Source: Actinomycetes bacterium (GTDB lineage: Bacteria; Actinomycetota; CADDZG01; JAHWKV01). From it: a DNA stretch of 64,000 nt. The position numbers and the translations under genes were made by a program. The stretch lies in NCBI GenBank assembly GCA_029263075.1, contig JAJCYE010000108.1, positions 7,675-71,674 of the forward strand, in the 5' to 3' direction. The notes under the pieces were generated by a model. That model saw nothing but the letters and a program-made list of their open reading frames with translations, did no database searches and was not told the DNA's origin. Shown piece after piece: positions 20,499 through 31,804 of the stretch. The number at the start of each line of letters is the position of its first letter. Position 1 is the first letter of the stretch.

Positions 20499-22711
20499 TG
20501 GCCGGCACCGCTGCCGAGGAGCCCCTCCACCGCTCACTGGGGCTCACCGACGACGAATACGAGCGCATCCAGCAGATCCTGGGCCGGGTGCCCAACCACG
20601 CCGAACTGGCGATGTACTCGGTCATGTGGTCAGAGCACTGCTCTTACAAGTCGAGCCGGGTCCACCTCAAGGGGCTTCCTTCCGACGGTCCTCACGTGCT
20701 GATCGGCCCCGGGGAGGGCGCCGGGGTGATCGAGGTCGACGGCGTCGCAGTCGCCATGCGCATCGAGAGCCACAACCACCCTTCGTTCGTCGAGCCGGTC
20801 CAGGGTGCCGCCACCGGCATCGGCGGCGTGGTCCGCGATGTCGTTTCCATGGGCGCCCGCCCAATCGCCCTGCTGGACTCGTTGCGTTTCGGCAACCTGC
20901 CCGGCGACACCGGTGCCGACTCCACCGCCGACCGCAACCGCTGGCTCACCGACGGCGTGGTCCACGGCATCTCCTCCTACGGCAACTGCATCGGTGTGCC
21001 CACGATCGGCGGCGAGATCAAGTTCGAGGCCTCCTACTCCGGCAACCCGTTGGTCAACGTGATGTGCGTCGGCGTGGTGCCCATCGACGGGATCATGCTG
21101 GCGCGGGCCCCCGGTCCCGGCAACGCGGTGCTTCTGCTCGGATCCACCACGGGCAGGGACGGCATCGGCGGCGTCTCAGTCCTCGCCTCCGCCGCGTTCG
21201 ACGAACAAGCGGCCACCAAACGCCCCAGTGTCCAGGTCGGGGATCCGTTTACCGAAAAGCTGCTTATCGAGGGTTCTTTGTCTTTGATCGAGAAGGGCCT
21301 GGTGGTGGGTATCCAGGACCTCGGCGGCGCCGGGTTGTGCTGCGCCACCTCAGAGTCGGCGGCCAACGCCGGCACCGGGATGACGCTGGACCTGGACCAG
21401 GTGCCGTTGCGGGAGCGCAACATGGAGCCTTTTGAGATCCTGACCTCCGAATCCCAGGAGCGGATGCTGGTGATCGTTGAACCGGCCAAGGTCGCTGCCG
21501 CGATAGACGAGTGCACCCGTCTGGGGCTGAGGGCAACCCGGATCGGGGTGGTTACCGACACCGAACGGCTGATCTGCACCCAGGGCGGCGAGGTTGTGGC
21601 CGACGTACCGGCGGCGTCGCTGGGCGACGGCCCGGTTTACCACCGCCCCTTCACCGCTCCCGCTCCCCGTCAGGTGAAAACCGTCGATGCGCCTGGGCCG
21701 GGTTTACCGCCCGACCAGGCTCTGCTGAAGTTGCTGGGCTCCGCCAACCTGGCCTCCAAACGCTGGGTCTGGGAGCAGTTCGATTACCAGGTGATGCTGA
21801 ACACCGTCGCCGGCCCCGGGTCCGACGCGGCCATCCTGCGCCTACCCGGCACCGAAACCCGGATAGCGGTAACCGTCGACGGAAACGGCCGGTACGGCCA
21901 GATCGACCCCCGCGAGGGGGCCCGGCATTCGGTCGCCGAGGCTTACCGCAACCTGTGCGCGGTGGGGGCGGAACCGGTAGCGGTCACCAACTGCATGAAC
22001 TTCGGCAACCCGGAGATCCCCGAAGTGATGTGGCAGTTCGTTGAGGCGGTCCAGGGAATGGGCGACGCCTGCCGGACCCTCCAGACCCCCATCACCGGCG
22101 GGAACGTCTCGTTCTATAACCAGACCCTCAACGAGGCCATCTACCCGACGCCGATGATAGGCATGATCGGGGTCCTGAAGCCGGGCGTCCTGGCGCCTCC
22201 GGTGGGACTTCAGGACGAGGAGGATGTCCTGGTCCTGCTCGGTCGGACCCGGGACGAGTTGGGGGGCAGCGAGTACCAGCGGACGATCCTGGGCACGCTC
22301 GTTGGCCCGCTTCCCGAGTTGGACCTGAACGCAGAGGCTTCGCTGGGCTGGCTGCTTCGGGAACTCATTACCCGCAATTTGCTCAAGAGTGCCCACGACT
22401 GTTCCGAGGGAGGCATTGGGATGGCGCTCGCCGAGATGGTGGCGCAGGGCCGTTTCGGCGCCGAGATCCGGCCGGAACCGGGGCGCGAACTGATCTCCTG
22501 GTTGTTCTCCGAGACCACCGCCCGAGCGGTGGTGGCCGTGGCCCGAGGTGACCTGGCCGAACTGCAGGACCTGGCCAAAGGCATAGGCTCTCCTGTTTTC
22601 GAACTGGGAGTGGCGAAGGGCCGGCAGCTAACCATCCGAGGGATGGAAGACATCCAACTGAGGGACATCAAAGCTGCCTACAACAACGGTTTTTCGCAAA
22701 TGATGGGGTGA
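20498..22711 (+). CDS. purL: FGAM synthase II (large subunit)
   Basis: 737 aa, PurM-like duplicated domains. GTGA-type overlap with the purQ stop. Confidence 0.95.
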   Translation: MAGTAAEEPLHRSLGLTDDEYERIQQILGRVPNHAELAMYSVMWSEHCSYKSSRVHLKGLPSDGPHVLIGPGEGAGVIEVDGVAVAMRIESHNHPSFVEPVQGAATGIGGVVRDVVSMGARPIALLDSLRFGNLPGDTGADSTADRNRWLTDGVVHGISSYGNCIGVPTIGGEIKFEASYSGNPLVNVMCVGVVPIDGIMLARAPGPGNAVLLLGSTTGRDGIGGVSVLASAAFDEQAATKRPSVQVGDPFTEKLLIEGSLSLIEKGLVVGIQDLGGAGLCCATSESAANAGTGMTLDLDQVPLRERNMEPFEILTSESQERMLVIVEPAKVAAAIDECTRLGLRATRIGVVTDTERLICTQGGEVVADVPAASLGDGPVYHRPFTAPAPRQVKTVDAPGPGLPPDQALLKLLGSANLASKRWVWEQFDYQVMLNTVAGPGSDAAILRLPGTETRIAVTVDGNGRYGQIDPREGARHSVAEAYRNLCAVGAEPVAVTNCMNFGNPEIPEVMWQFVEAVQGMGDACRTLQTPITGGNVSFYNQTLNEAIYPTPMIGMIGVLKPGVLAPPVGLQDEEDVLVLLGRTRDELGGSEYQRTILGTLVGPLPELDLNAEASLGWLLRELITRNLLKSAHDCSEGGIGMALAEMVAQGRFGAEIRPEPGRELISWLFSETTARAVVAVARGDLAELQDLAKGIGSPVFELGVAKGRQLTIRGMEDIQLRDIKAAYNNGFSQMMG

Positions 22712-23034
22712 CAACCGGGGAATAGTCCTTAACGCCGCGACGTTTGAACCGATAGGACGGTACAGTCGAAGGGCGGAGGAACTTTTGAAGATCATGGGCA
22801 AAAGGCTCAGCCTCGCCGTTTCAGGTGTCTCCAAGTCTTCATTCCCCCGCCGCATCCGGGGTGAACTCCAACTCCAGGACCGTATGGGCAACGTTTTGCT
22901 CCGCTCCAGCGTTCGCGGTTCCAGATAGGCCGGAAATTTTCGAGTCCGAAGATTTCGTTGGAATTTAGGTGGATGGGCCCTCAGACCTGACGACGGCTTT
23001 CCCACATCGGCTAAGGTGAAGGCAAGGAGATGCG

Positions 23035-24462
23035 ATGACTTCGGGCGACGACAAACCTCATGAGGCGTGCGGAGTTGTAGGTATTTACGCCCCGGGGCAG
23101 GAGGTGGCCAAGCTCACCTACAACGCCCTGCTTGCGCTCCAGCACCGTGGCCAGGAGTCCGCCGGCATAACGGTTGCCGACAACGGGTTGATGACCACCT
23201 TCAAAGAGATGGGCCTGGTCGCCCAGGTCTTCAATGAAAACACCCTCAACTCGCTTACCGGCGATCTCGCCATCGGGCACGTCCGCTACTCCACCACCGG
23301 ATCCAGCGTGTGGGAGAACGCCCAGCCCATCTACCGCCACCACGGCAGGCTCGGTGCGGCGCTCGGGCACAACGGCAACCTGGTCAACACCATGAAGCTG
23401 GCCAGCGACCTGGCGGGTGACGATCGGCGGCCCGGGGACGCCTCCAACGACTCCGACGTCATCGCCCAGATGATCGTCACCTGCGGCCAGCCCAGCGTCG
23501 AAGAAGGAATTCTCGACACCCTTCCCAAACTTGAGGGCGCCTTCAGCCTCGTCGTTTTGGACGACCACGCAGTATTCGGCGCCCGCGACCCCCACGGGCT
23601 CAGGCCCCTGGTCCTGGGTTCGCTCGGGGCCGGCGGCTACGCCCTGGCTTCCGAAACCTGCGCCCTGGACACCATCGGCGCCACGTTTATCCGGGAGATC
23701 GAGCCGGGTGAAATGGTCGTCATCGACGCCAACGGAGTCCGAAGCCACCGGTATGCGGCGGCGACGCCGGCCCTGTGTGTCTTCGAATACGTGTACTTTG
23801 CCCGTCCCGACTCCATCCTCTACGGCAAAAGCGTCCAAAAGGCCAGGTATCAGATGGGTATGAAGTTGGCCGAAGAGAGCCCGGCCGATGCCGACATCGT
23901 CATCCCGGTCCCCGACAGCGGCCGGGGCGCCGCCGCCGGTTTTTCGCAAGCCTCCAAGCTCCCCTACGTCGACGGCTTCGTAAAGAACTCCTACGTCGGC
24001 CGGACCTTTATCCAGCCTTCCCAGGCGGTCCGGCAGAAGGGCATCGGCGCCAAGCTGAACCCGATCGCCCACCTGATCGAGGGGAAACGCCTGGTGGTTG
24101 TGGACGACTCCATCGTAAGAGGCAACACCACCCGCCAGATCGTCAGGATGCTCCGCCACGCCGGGGCCAAACAGGTCCACATGCGCATCTCGAGCCCGCC
24201 CATCAAGTGGCCGTGCTTTTACGGGATCGACACTGCGAACCGGGACGAGTTGATCGGCGGACAGCAGACGGTTGATGAGATTTGCGCCCACATTGAGGCT
24301 GACTCGCTTGCCTACCTGTCCGAGGAGGGGATGATCGAGGGGACCGAGGTTGCGGCCGGCAAGTTGTGCACGGCCTGTTTTTCGTCGAACTACCCGATTC
24401 CGGTTCCGCTGGAAGTCAAGGTCACCAAAAACATGCTCGAAGTAGAAGGCGTTCCACAATGA
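23035..24462 (+). CDS. purF: Amidophosphoribosyltransferase
   Basis: N-terminal CGVVG Ntn nucleophile and a PRPP-binding loop. Confidence 0.95.
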   Translation: MTSGDDKPHEACGVVGIYAPGQEVAKLTYNALLALQHRGQESAGITVADNGLMTTFKEMGLVAQVFNENTLNSLTGDLAIGHVRYSTTGSSVWENAQPIYRHHGRLGAALGHNGNLVNTMKLASDLAGDDRRPGDASNDSDVIAQMIVTCGQPSVEEGILDTLPKLEGAFSLVVLDDHAVFGARDPHGLRPLVLGSLGAGGYALASETCALDTIGATFIREIEPGEMVVIDANGVRSHRYAAATPALCVFEYVYFARPDSILYGKSVQKARYQMGMKLAEESPADADIVIPVPDSGRGAAAGFSQASKLPYVDGFVKNSYVGRTFIQPSQAVRQKGIGAKLNPIAHLIEGKRLVVVDDSIVRGNTTRQIVRMLRHAGAKQVHMRISSPPIKWPCFYGIDTANRDELIGGQQTVDEICAHIEADSLAYLSEEGMIEGTEVAAGKLCTACFSSNYPIPVPLEVKVTKNMLEVEGVPQ

Positions 24463-24481
24463 CGCCTTCGCCGCTGCAGAC

Positions 24482-25543
24482 TTGACCTCCGAACCCCCCG
24501 AGAGCCCCCGCCCCGCCACCTACGCCGACGCCGGTGTCGACATCGAGGCAGGGGAGCGTGCGGTCGAACTGTTCAAAAATCGTGTCCGGGCCACCGACCG
24601 CCCCGAGGTGGTCGGCGGGATCGGCGGGTTCGCCGGGCTGTTCTCGCTCGGGCGCTCCAAATTCAACCAGCCGATGCTGGTCTCGGCCACCGACGGGGTC
24701 GGAACCAAGTTGATGATTGCCCAGCAGATGGGGGTCCACGACACCATCGGGATCGACCTGGTGGCGATGTCGGCCAACGACGTAGTGGTCCAGGGGGCCG
24801 AGCCGCTGTTTTTCCTGGACTACATCGTCACCGGCAAGGTGGTCCCGGAGACCATCGAGCAGATCGTCTCGGGCGTGGCCGAAGGGTGCCTGCAGGCCGG
24901 ATGCGCCCTGCTCGGCGGCGAGATCGCCGAACACCCCGGCCATATGCGGGAGGGCGATTACGACCTGGCGGGTTTTTGTGTCGGGGCGGTGGACGAACGT
25001 AAGGTCCTCACGGGCGCCTCCATGGTGCCCGGCGACGTGTTGATCGGCTTCAACTCGTCCGGCCTGCACTCCAACGGGTACTCACTGGTCCGCAAAGTCA
25101 TTGAACAGAGCTTGTTCGACCTCAACGACCACCCGGCGGAGCTTGGCCGCTCCCTGGGGGAGGAGTTGTTGACCCCAACGATCATTTACTGGAAAGCGGT
25201 GGCGGCCCTCCAGGCCGAAGGCCTGTCCGCTCGGGGTTTTGCCCACATCACCGGGGGTGGGCTTGCTCACAACCTGGGCCGGATCGTCCCGCCGGGTTTC
25301 CAGGCGGTGGTCGAGCGTTCGGCGTGGACCATCCCACCGATCTTCCGGCTGATCGGCTCCGAGGGAGTCTCGGTGCCGGAGATGTTCAAGACCTTCAACA
25401 TGGGGATCGGCATGGTGGGCGTGTTCGACCCCACCGAAGCTTCGCGGGCCCTGGAAGTGGTCACGGGCGCCGGGTACCAAGCGCAGCAGATAGGAGTTGT
25501 GCGAGCCCGCCCGGATGGGGCCCCCGACGTGATCCTGCCCTAG
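24482..25543 (+). CDS. purM: AIR synthetase
   Basis: YADAGVDIEAG and GGIGGFAGLF motifs. Confidence 0.95.
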   Translation: MTSEPPESPRPATYADAGVDIEAGERAVELFKNRVRATDRPEVVGGIGGFAGLFSLGRSKFNQPMLVSATDGVGTKLMIAQQMGVHDTIGIDLVAMSANDVVVQGAEPLFFLDYIVTGKVVPETIEQIVSGVAEGCLQAGCALLGGEIAEHPGHMREGDYDLAGFCVGAVDERKVLTGASMVPGDVLIGFNSSGLHSNGYSLVRKVIEQSLFDLNDHPAELGRSLGEELLTPTIIYWKAVAALQAEGLSARGFAHITGGGLAHNLGRIVPPGFQAVVERSAWTIPPIFRLIGSEGVSVPEMFKTFNMGIGMVGVFDPTEASRALEVVTGAGYQAQQIGVVRARPDGAPDVILP

Positions 25544-25549
25544 AGCGGA

Positions 25550-28051
25550 CTACCAGGCCGGGCTGCCGTCCCCCGAGTGGGGAGCCCAGACCAAGGCCAA
25601 CAGGGGTACCGAGATCCCGGTCTTCTTGGGCTTGATGCTTATTGATTCAAGCGGCTCGGTCATCGGGTCGCTCGATCCGGAGAGTGCTTCGGCGTCGGTC
25701 CGGAACTGGGATTGAAGGTCTGCCAACTGAACTTCCAGCGCCGCCACCGTCTCTTCGGCACGCTTGACGTCGCCCGACTGCTGGACCGCCCGACCGACCC
25801 CGCGGGCCGCGGTGGTGGCCCGGCCCAGGCTCCCCAAGCCGCTCTTGCGGCCGAGGAAGGCCCCCAGCACTGTCCCCCCGATAGAGATAGCAGTCTGCAA
25901 CTTTGCCTGTTTCGCCTGCTCCGCCTCCCTGTCGGTGGCAGCGACCGCCCTTCGGATCCGTTCCTCCAGAGCAGTGGTCTTGGCGGCGTACTTGCGGCGC
26001 AACTCCTCCGCCCCGGCGTCCCGTTTCTCCCGGGCGGCCTGCTGCAGACGCAACCTGAAGTCGGACTCGGACTCGCCGGGGTGGGAGTACTCCTTTAGCG
26101 ATGGGCTGGACAACAGCTCAACCGACTGACTGCCGTAGATCCACCTGGCCAGGTCCTTTTGCCAGCCGGTGAACGACGCCTTCTTCCCGGCAGCGGCGGG
26201 TAGCGCGCCGTAAGCCGCGCCCTCCTCGGGATCGGTCTCCAGGTCCGTCGCCCCCAGCTCGATGGGTTCTGCTCGTTCCCAGTCGACGGGTACCGGCCCG
26301 TCGAACAGCGCTGCGAGCAGGTTGAGGTTTTTGGCCAAGTCCACCCCGGACCGCGTGTCGGTGAATTGCACTGCGGCGACGCCGAAGATCGTGGCCCTAT
26401 AGGTCAGCGGACCGCGGTTGCGGGCGGGCAGGAAAAACTGCGGGATGTCCGGGGGGAGGACCGGGCGGGCCGTTCCCGCCGAGGGGTCCTGCGTGCCGGG
26501 CGCCGCAGGCGTGGCGGTGGGGGCGGGAGCCCCGGGGCCGGGGTTAGGATGCGTGCCGGCTGCGGGAGGGGCTTGCAGTGTGCCGGCCACCCCATCGGCC
26601 GGCGGGGATCCGCCCGCCGGGTTCTTGACCGGATCCATGAGAGTGCGGATCTGGGACTGGGTGATGGGTCCGGCCAAATAGGAGAGGGTCCACCGGGTCT
26701 GGAACACCGCCGGCTCGTCTTCGTGCACGTTGTTCATCAAAAAGACCCGCTTGCCCAGACCGGCGAGCGTCTCTTCCATGGCGCCCCGGTCAAAGGCGGC
26801 GCCGCTGCCTGCGGCGGCGCCCTCAAGACCCTCGAGCACCCGCTGTTTGTCCCGAGCGGTCTGCAGCCTGCCTATCAGCCAGGTCCCGGCGTTCGAGAGG
26901 CCCTTGTAGTCCAGGTCCACCGGGTTCTGGGTCGCCAGCACCACCCCCACGCCGAACGCCCGGGCTTGTTTCATCAACGTAAGAAGAGCCGCCTTGGAGG
27001 GCGGGTTGGCCACCGGCGGGAAGTAGCCGGCTATTTCGTCCATGTAGAGCAGGGCCCGCAGGCTTGTGGTCCCGGACTGGGAGCGGGTCCAGGCCAGCAT
27101 CTCCGATAGGACGAGCGAGACGAAGAACATCCGCTCGGCGTCGTTGAGGTGCGCGATGGACAGGATGGCCAGCCTGGGTTTGCCTTCGGGGGTCCGGAGC
27201 ATCGTCTGGATGTCCAGGGGTTCGCCCTGCATCCACGACTCGAAACTCGGCGAAGCCAGCAGGCTGTTTATGCCCAGTGCCAGCTCGAAGCGGTCCTTGG
27301 CGGGGAAAAAGCTCTCGATCTCCATTACGCCCACCCGGGTCATAGGGGGGTTCTGGATCAACTGGATCAATTCCGCCAGATCCAGCGTGCGGCCCTCCCG
27401 CCAGCAGGTGGTCAGGATCGTGGAGACCAGGATGTGTTCGCGGCTGCGGATGGGGTCGGCCTCAATGCCGGCCAGGGAGAGTAGGGCGCTCACAGTGCCG
27501 GTGACCCGATCGCCCAGGGCCTCGGAGTCCGCAAGCACCGCTGCCGATGGCGGGGCGAAAGATTTGAGCACCGCGACCGGGACGCCTGCCTGGCTCCCGG
27601 GGGTGTAAATCGTCACCTCGGCCGCATCCTTTAGCCGGCGGACCCGCTCCCCGTCCTGTCCCCACTGCTGCAGACCTCCGCGCCAGGTTTCTGCCTGCCG
27701 GGCCGCTAGATCGGGGATCGAAACCCCCTGCGAAGCCGCTTCATCGGCGTTGACCCAGGGTTCGAAGTCCGCCGGGGCGAGATCGGGGAAGGTCAACATC
27801 AAATTGGCCAGGTCGCCTTTGGGGTCGATGAGGATGGCGGGGATGCCGTCGATGGCGGCCTCCTCGATCAACCCCAGGCACAGACCGGTCTTGCCGCTGC
27901 CGGTCATGCCGACGCAGACCGCGTGGGTGGTGAGGTCTTTTGAGTCGTACAGAAGTAGATCGGGCTCGGCCTCGCCGGCCGCCATGTTGTAGCGGCGGCC
28001 CAGGTAAAACGATCCGAGCTTCTCGTAATCGGCATCCATGGCGACCGTCAT
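25550..28051 (-). CDS. HerA/FtsK-superfamily P-loop ATPase (DUF87-like) with long C-terminal Pro-rich linker, extra domain and coiled-coil tail
   Basis: Walker A VGMTGSGKTG, Walker B LLYMDEIAGYF and sensor VVLATQNP are all present. A Pro/Ala-rich low-complexity linker follows, then a coiled coil (ELRRKYAAKTTALEERIRRA...) and a Gly-rich hydrophobic segment. The gene is solo: it is convergent with purM and divergent from araC. Confidence 0.6.
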   Translation of the reverse strand: MTVAMDADYEKLGSFYLGRRYNMAAGEAEPDLLLYDSKDLTTHAVCVGMTGSGKTGLCLGLIEEAAIDGIPAILIDPKGDLANLMLTFPDLAPADFEPWVNADEAASQGVSIPDLAARQAETWRGGLQQWGQDGERVRRLKDAAEVTIYTPGSQAGVPVAVLKSFAPPSAAVLADSEALGDRVTGTVSALLSLAGIEADPIRSREHILVSTILTTCWREGRTLDLAELIQLIQNPPMTRVGVMEIESFFPAKDRFELALGINSLLASPSFESWMQGEPLDIQTMLRTPEGKPRLAILSIAHLNDAERMFFVSLVLSEMLAWTRSQSGTTSLRALLYMDEIAGYFPPVANPPSKAALLTLMKQARAFGVGVVLATQNPVDLDYKGLSNAGTWLIGRLQTARDKQRVLEGLEGAAAGSGAAFDRGAMEETLAGLGKRVFLMNNVHEDEPAVFQTRWTLSYLAGPITQSQIRTLMDPVKNPAGGSPPADGVAGTLQAPPAAGTHPNPGPGAPAPTATPAAPGTQDPSAGTARPVLPPDIPQFFLPARNRGPLTYRATIFGVAAVQFTDTRSGVDLAKNLNLLAALFDGPVPVDWERAEPIELGATDLETDPEEGAAYGALPAAAGKKASFTGWQKDLARWIYGSQSVELLSSPSLKEYSHPGESESDFRLRLQQAAREKRDAGAEELRRKYAAKTTALEERIRRAVAATDREAEQAKQAKLQTAISIGGTVLGAFLGRKSGLGSLGRATTAARGVGRAVQQSGDVKRAEETVAALEVQLADLQSQFRTDAEALSGSSDPMTEPLESISIKPKKTGISVPLLALVWAPHSGDGSPAW

Positions 28052-28128
28052 GTTATCGGTAACGCGAGTTCCGTCCGACCCGGTGACTGAGACTGGGCGG
28101 CCCGGGCGCTTCGTGGCATGATCGGAGG

Positions 28129-28590
28129 GTGACCAGCAGACCCGCCGGGGCGCAGCAACTGCAGGATCTGGTGTGGTTGCGCCGTGTCCGCGACCGGATT
28201 GACCGGGAATACGCCCAGCCCCTGGATGTCGAGGCGCTTGCCCGCGGCGCGCATATGTCGGCCGGTCACCTCAGCCGGGAGTTCCGGCGGGCCTACGGCG
28301 AATCACCGTACTCCTATCTGATGACTCGGCGCATCGAGCGTGCGATGGCTCTGCTGAGACGGGGTGATCTCAATGTGACCGAGGTCTGTTTCCAGGTCGG
28401 CTGTTCGTCGCTGGGAACGTTCAGCACCCGCTTCAGCGAACTGGTCGGGGTGCCGCCCAGCGTCTACCGGCAGGAGTACGCCCAGGCGACCCTGGGTATG
28501 CCTGCGTGTGTGGCGAAACAGGTGACCAGACCGGTCAGGAATCGAGAAGCGCCCGCTCCGGACCCACGCCTAGACTCGAAGCACGCCTGA
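28129..28590 (+). CDS. AraC-family transcriptional regulator (HTH domain only, 153 aa)
   Basis: Dual-HTH AraC signature: GHLSREFRRAYGESPYSYLMTRRIERAMALL...VGCSSLGTFSTRF. Confidence 0.8.
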   Translation: MTSRPAGAQQLQDLVWLRRVRDRIDREYAQPLDVEALARGAHMSAGHLSREFRRAYGESPYSYLMTRRIERAMALLRRGDLNVTEVCFQVGCSSLGTFSTRFSELVGVPPSVYRQEYAQATLGMPACVAKQVTRPVRNREAPAPDPRLDSKHA

Positions 28591-28605
28591 AAGCGGCGCT
28601 CGGCT

Positions 28606-29034
28606 TTGAGAAAGGAGCAGCAGATGCAGCTCAGTATCCATTCGAGTTTCCTCCCGCACAACGACCCGGATGCCGCCCTCGCTTTTTACCGGGACACCCT
28701 GGGTTTCGAGGTCCGTCTCGATGTCGGCTACCAGGGAATGCGCTGGATCACAGTTGGCCCTCCCGGCCAGCCGGGCACCTCGATCGTCCTGTACCCGCCC
28801 GCAGCCAGCCCCGGCGTCACCGAGGATGAGCGCCGCACCATCGCAGAGATGATGGCAAAAGGCACCTTCGGCAGTATTCTGCTGGCGACCAAAGATCTCG
28901 ACGGGGTCTTCGACAAGCTGCAGGCTGCCGAGGCCGAGGTGGTCCAGGAGCCCGTTGACCAGCCCTACGGGGTTCGCGACTGCGCCTTTCGCGACCCCTC
29001 GGGCAACATGATCCGAATCCAGGAGTTGAACTGA
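28606..29034 (+). CDS. VOC-family protein (glyoxalase/bleomycin-resistance fold)
   Basis: 142 aa containing LAFYRDTLGFEV and DPSGNMIRIQE. It lies 15 nt after the araC stop. Confidence 0.75.
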   Translation: MRKEQQMQLSIHSSFLPHNDPDAALAFYRDTLGFEVRLDVGYQGMRWITVGPPGQPGTSIVLYPPAASPGVTEDERRTIAEMMAKGTFGSILLATKDLDGVFDKLQAAEAEVVQEPVDQPYGVRDCAFRDPSGNMIRIQELN

Positions 29035-29078
29035 GCGGTCCGGCGGGAGCGCCGGAACCGTCCGAAAATGGAGAATCA

Positions 29079-31469
<2,391 letters not shown>

Positions 31470-31525
31470 GGGGATTTAGGGTCCACCTGGGCGCGCTCCA
31501 CCCCGGGTTGCAGTAGGGGGAGGCG

Positions 31526-31598
31526 TGGCCAGGGCCGGAATCGAACCAGCGACACCGCGGTTTTCAGCCGCGTGCTCTACCGACTGAGCTACCTGGCC
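31526..31598 (-). tRNA. tRNA-Phe (anticodon GAA)
   Basis: Minus-strand sequence GGCCAGGTAGCTCAGTCGGTAGAGCACGCGGCTGAAAACCGCGGTGTCGCTGGTTCGATTCCGGCCCTGGCCA folds into a cloverleaf. Acceptor stem is 7 bp, anticodon loop CTGAAAA, T-loop TTCGATT. CCA is not encoded. Confidence 0.85.
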
Positions 31599-31804
31599 GG
31601 GGGTGGACCTGCACGGCGGGAGTTTAAGACCTCGGCAAACGGGTCCAACGTGCTCAATGAGAATACTACGGGCCGTCCTTGATGCGGGCGACGGAACGAC
31701 CCCGGACGCAGAAACCACCCTTAGTCCAAGGACCTGGCCGCGACCGCTTGGCGGTCGCGGCCTTTTTGCTTTCCGCCGCCGCCCGCCGGGTGTAGCTTCC
31801 TGCT

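Noticed and set aside
22712-23034. ZTP (pfl) or purine riboswitch upstream of purF
   Set aside because: I could not find the conserved ZTP pseudoknot or purine-aptamer junction motifs by inspection. Retained only as an unusual spacer.
28048-28269. 73-aa minus-strand ORF with an ATGA overlap to the HerA-like ATPase start
   Set aside because: It overlaps the first 140 nt of the divergent araC gene, and its composition is junk-like. The araC start cannot move downstream without truncating its HTH domain.
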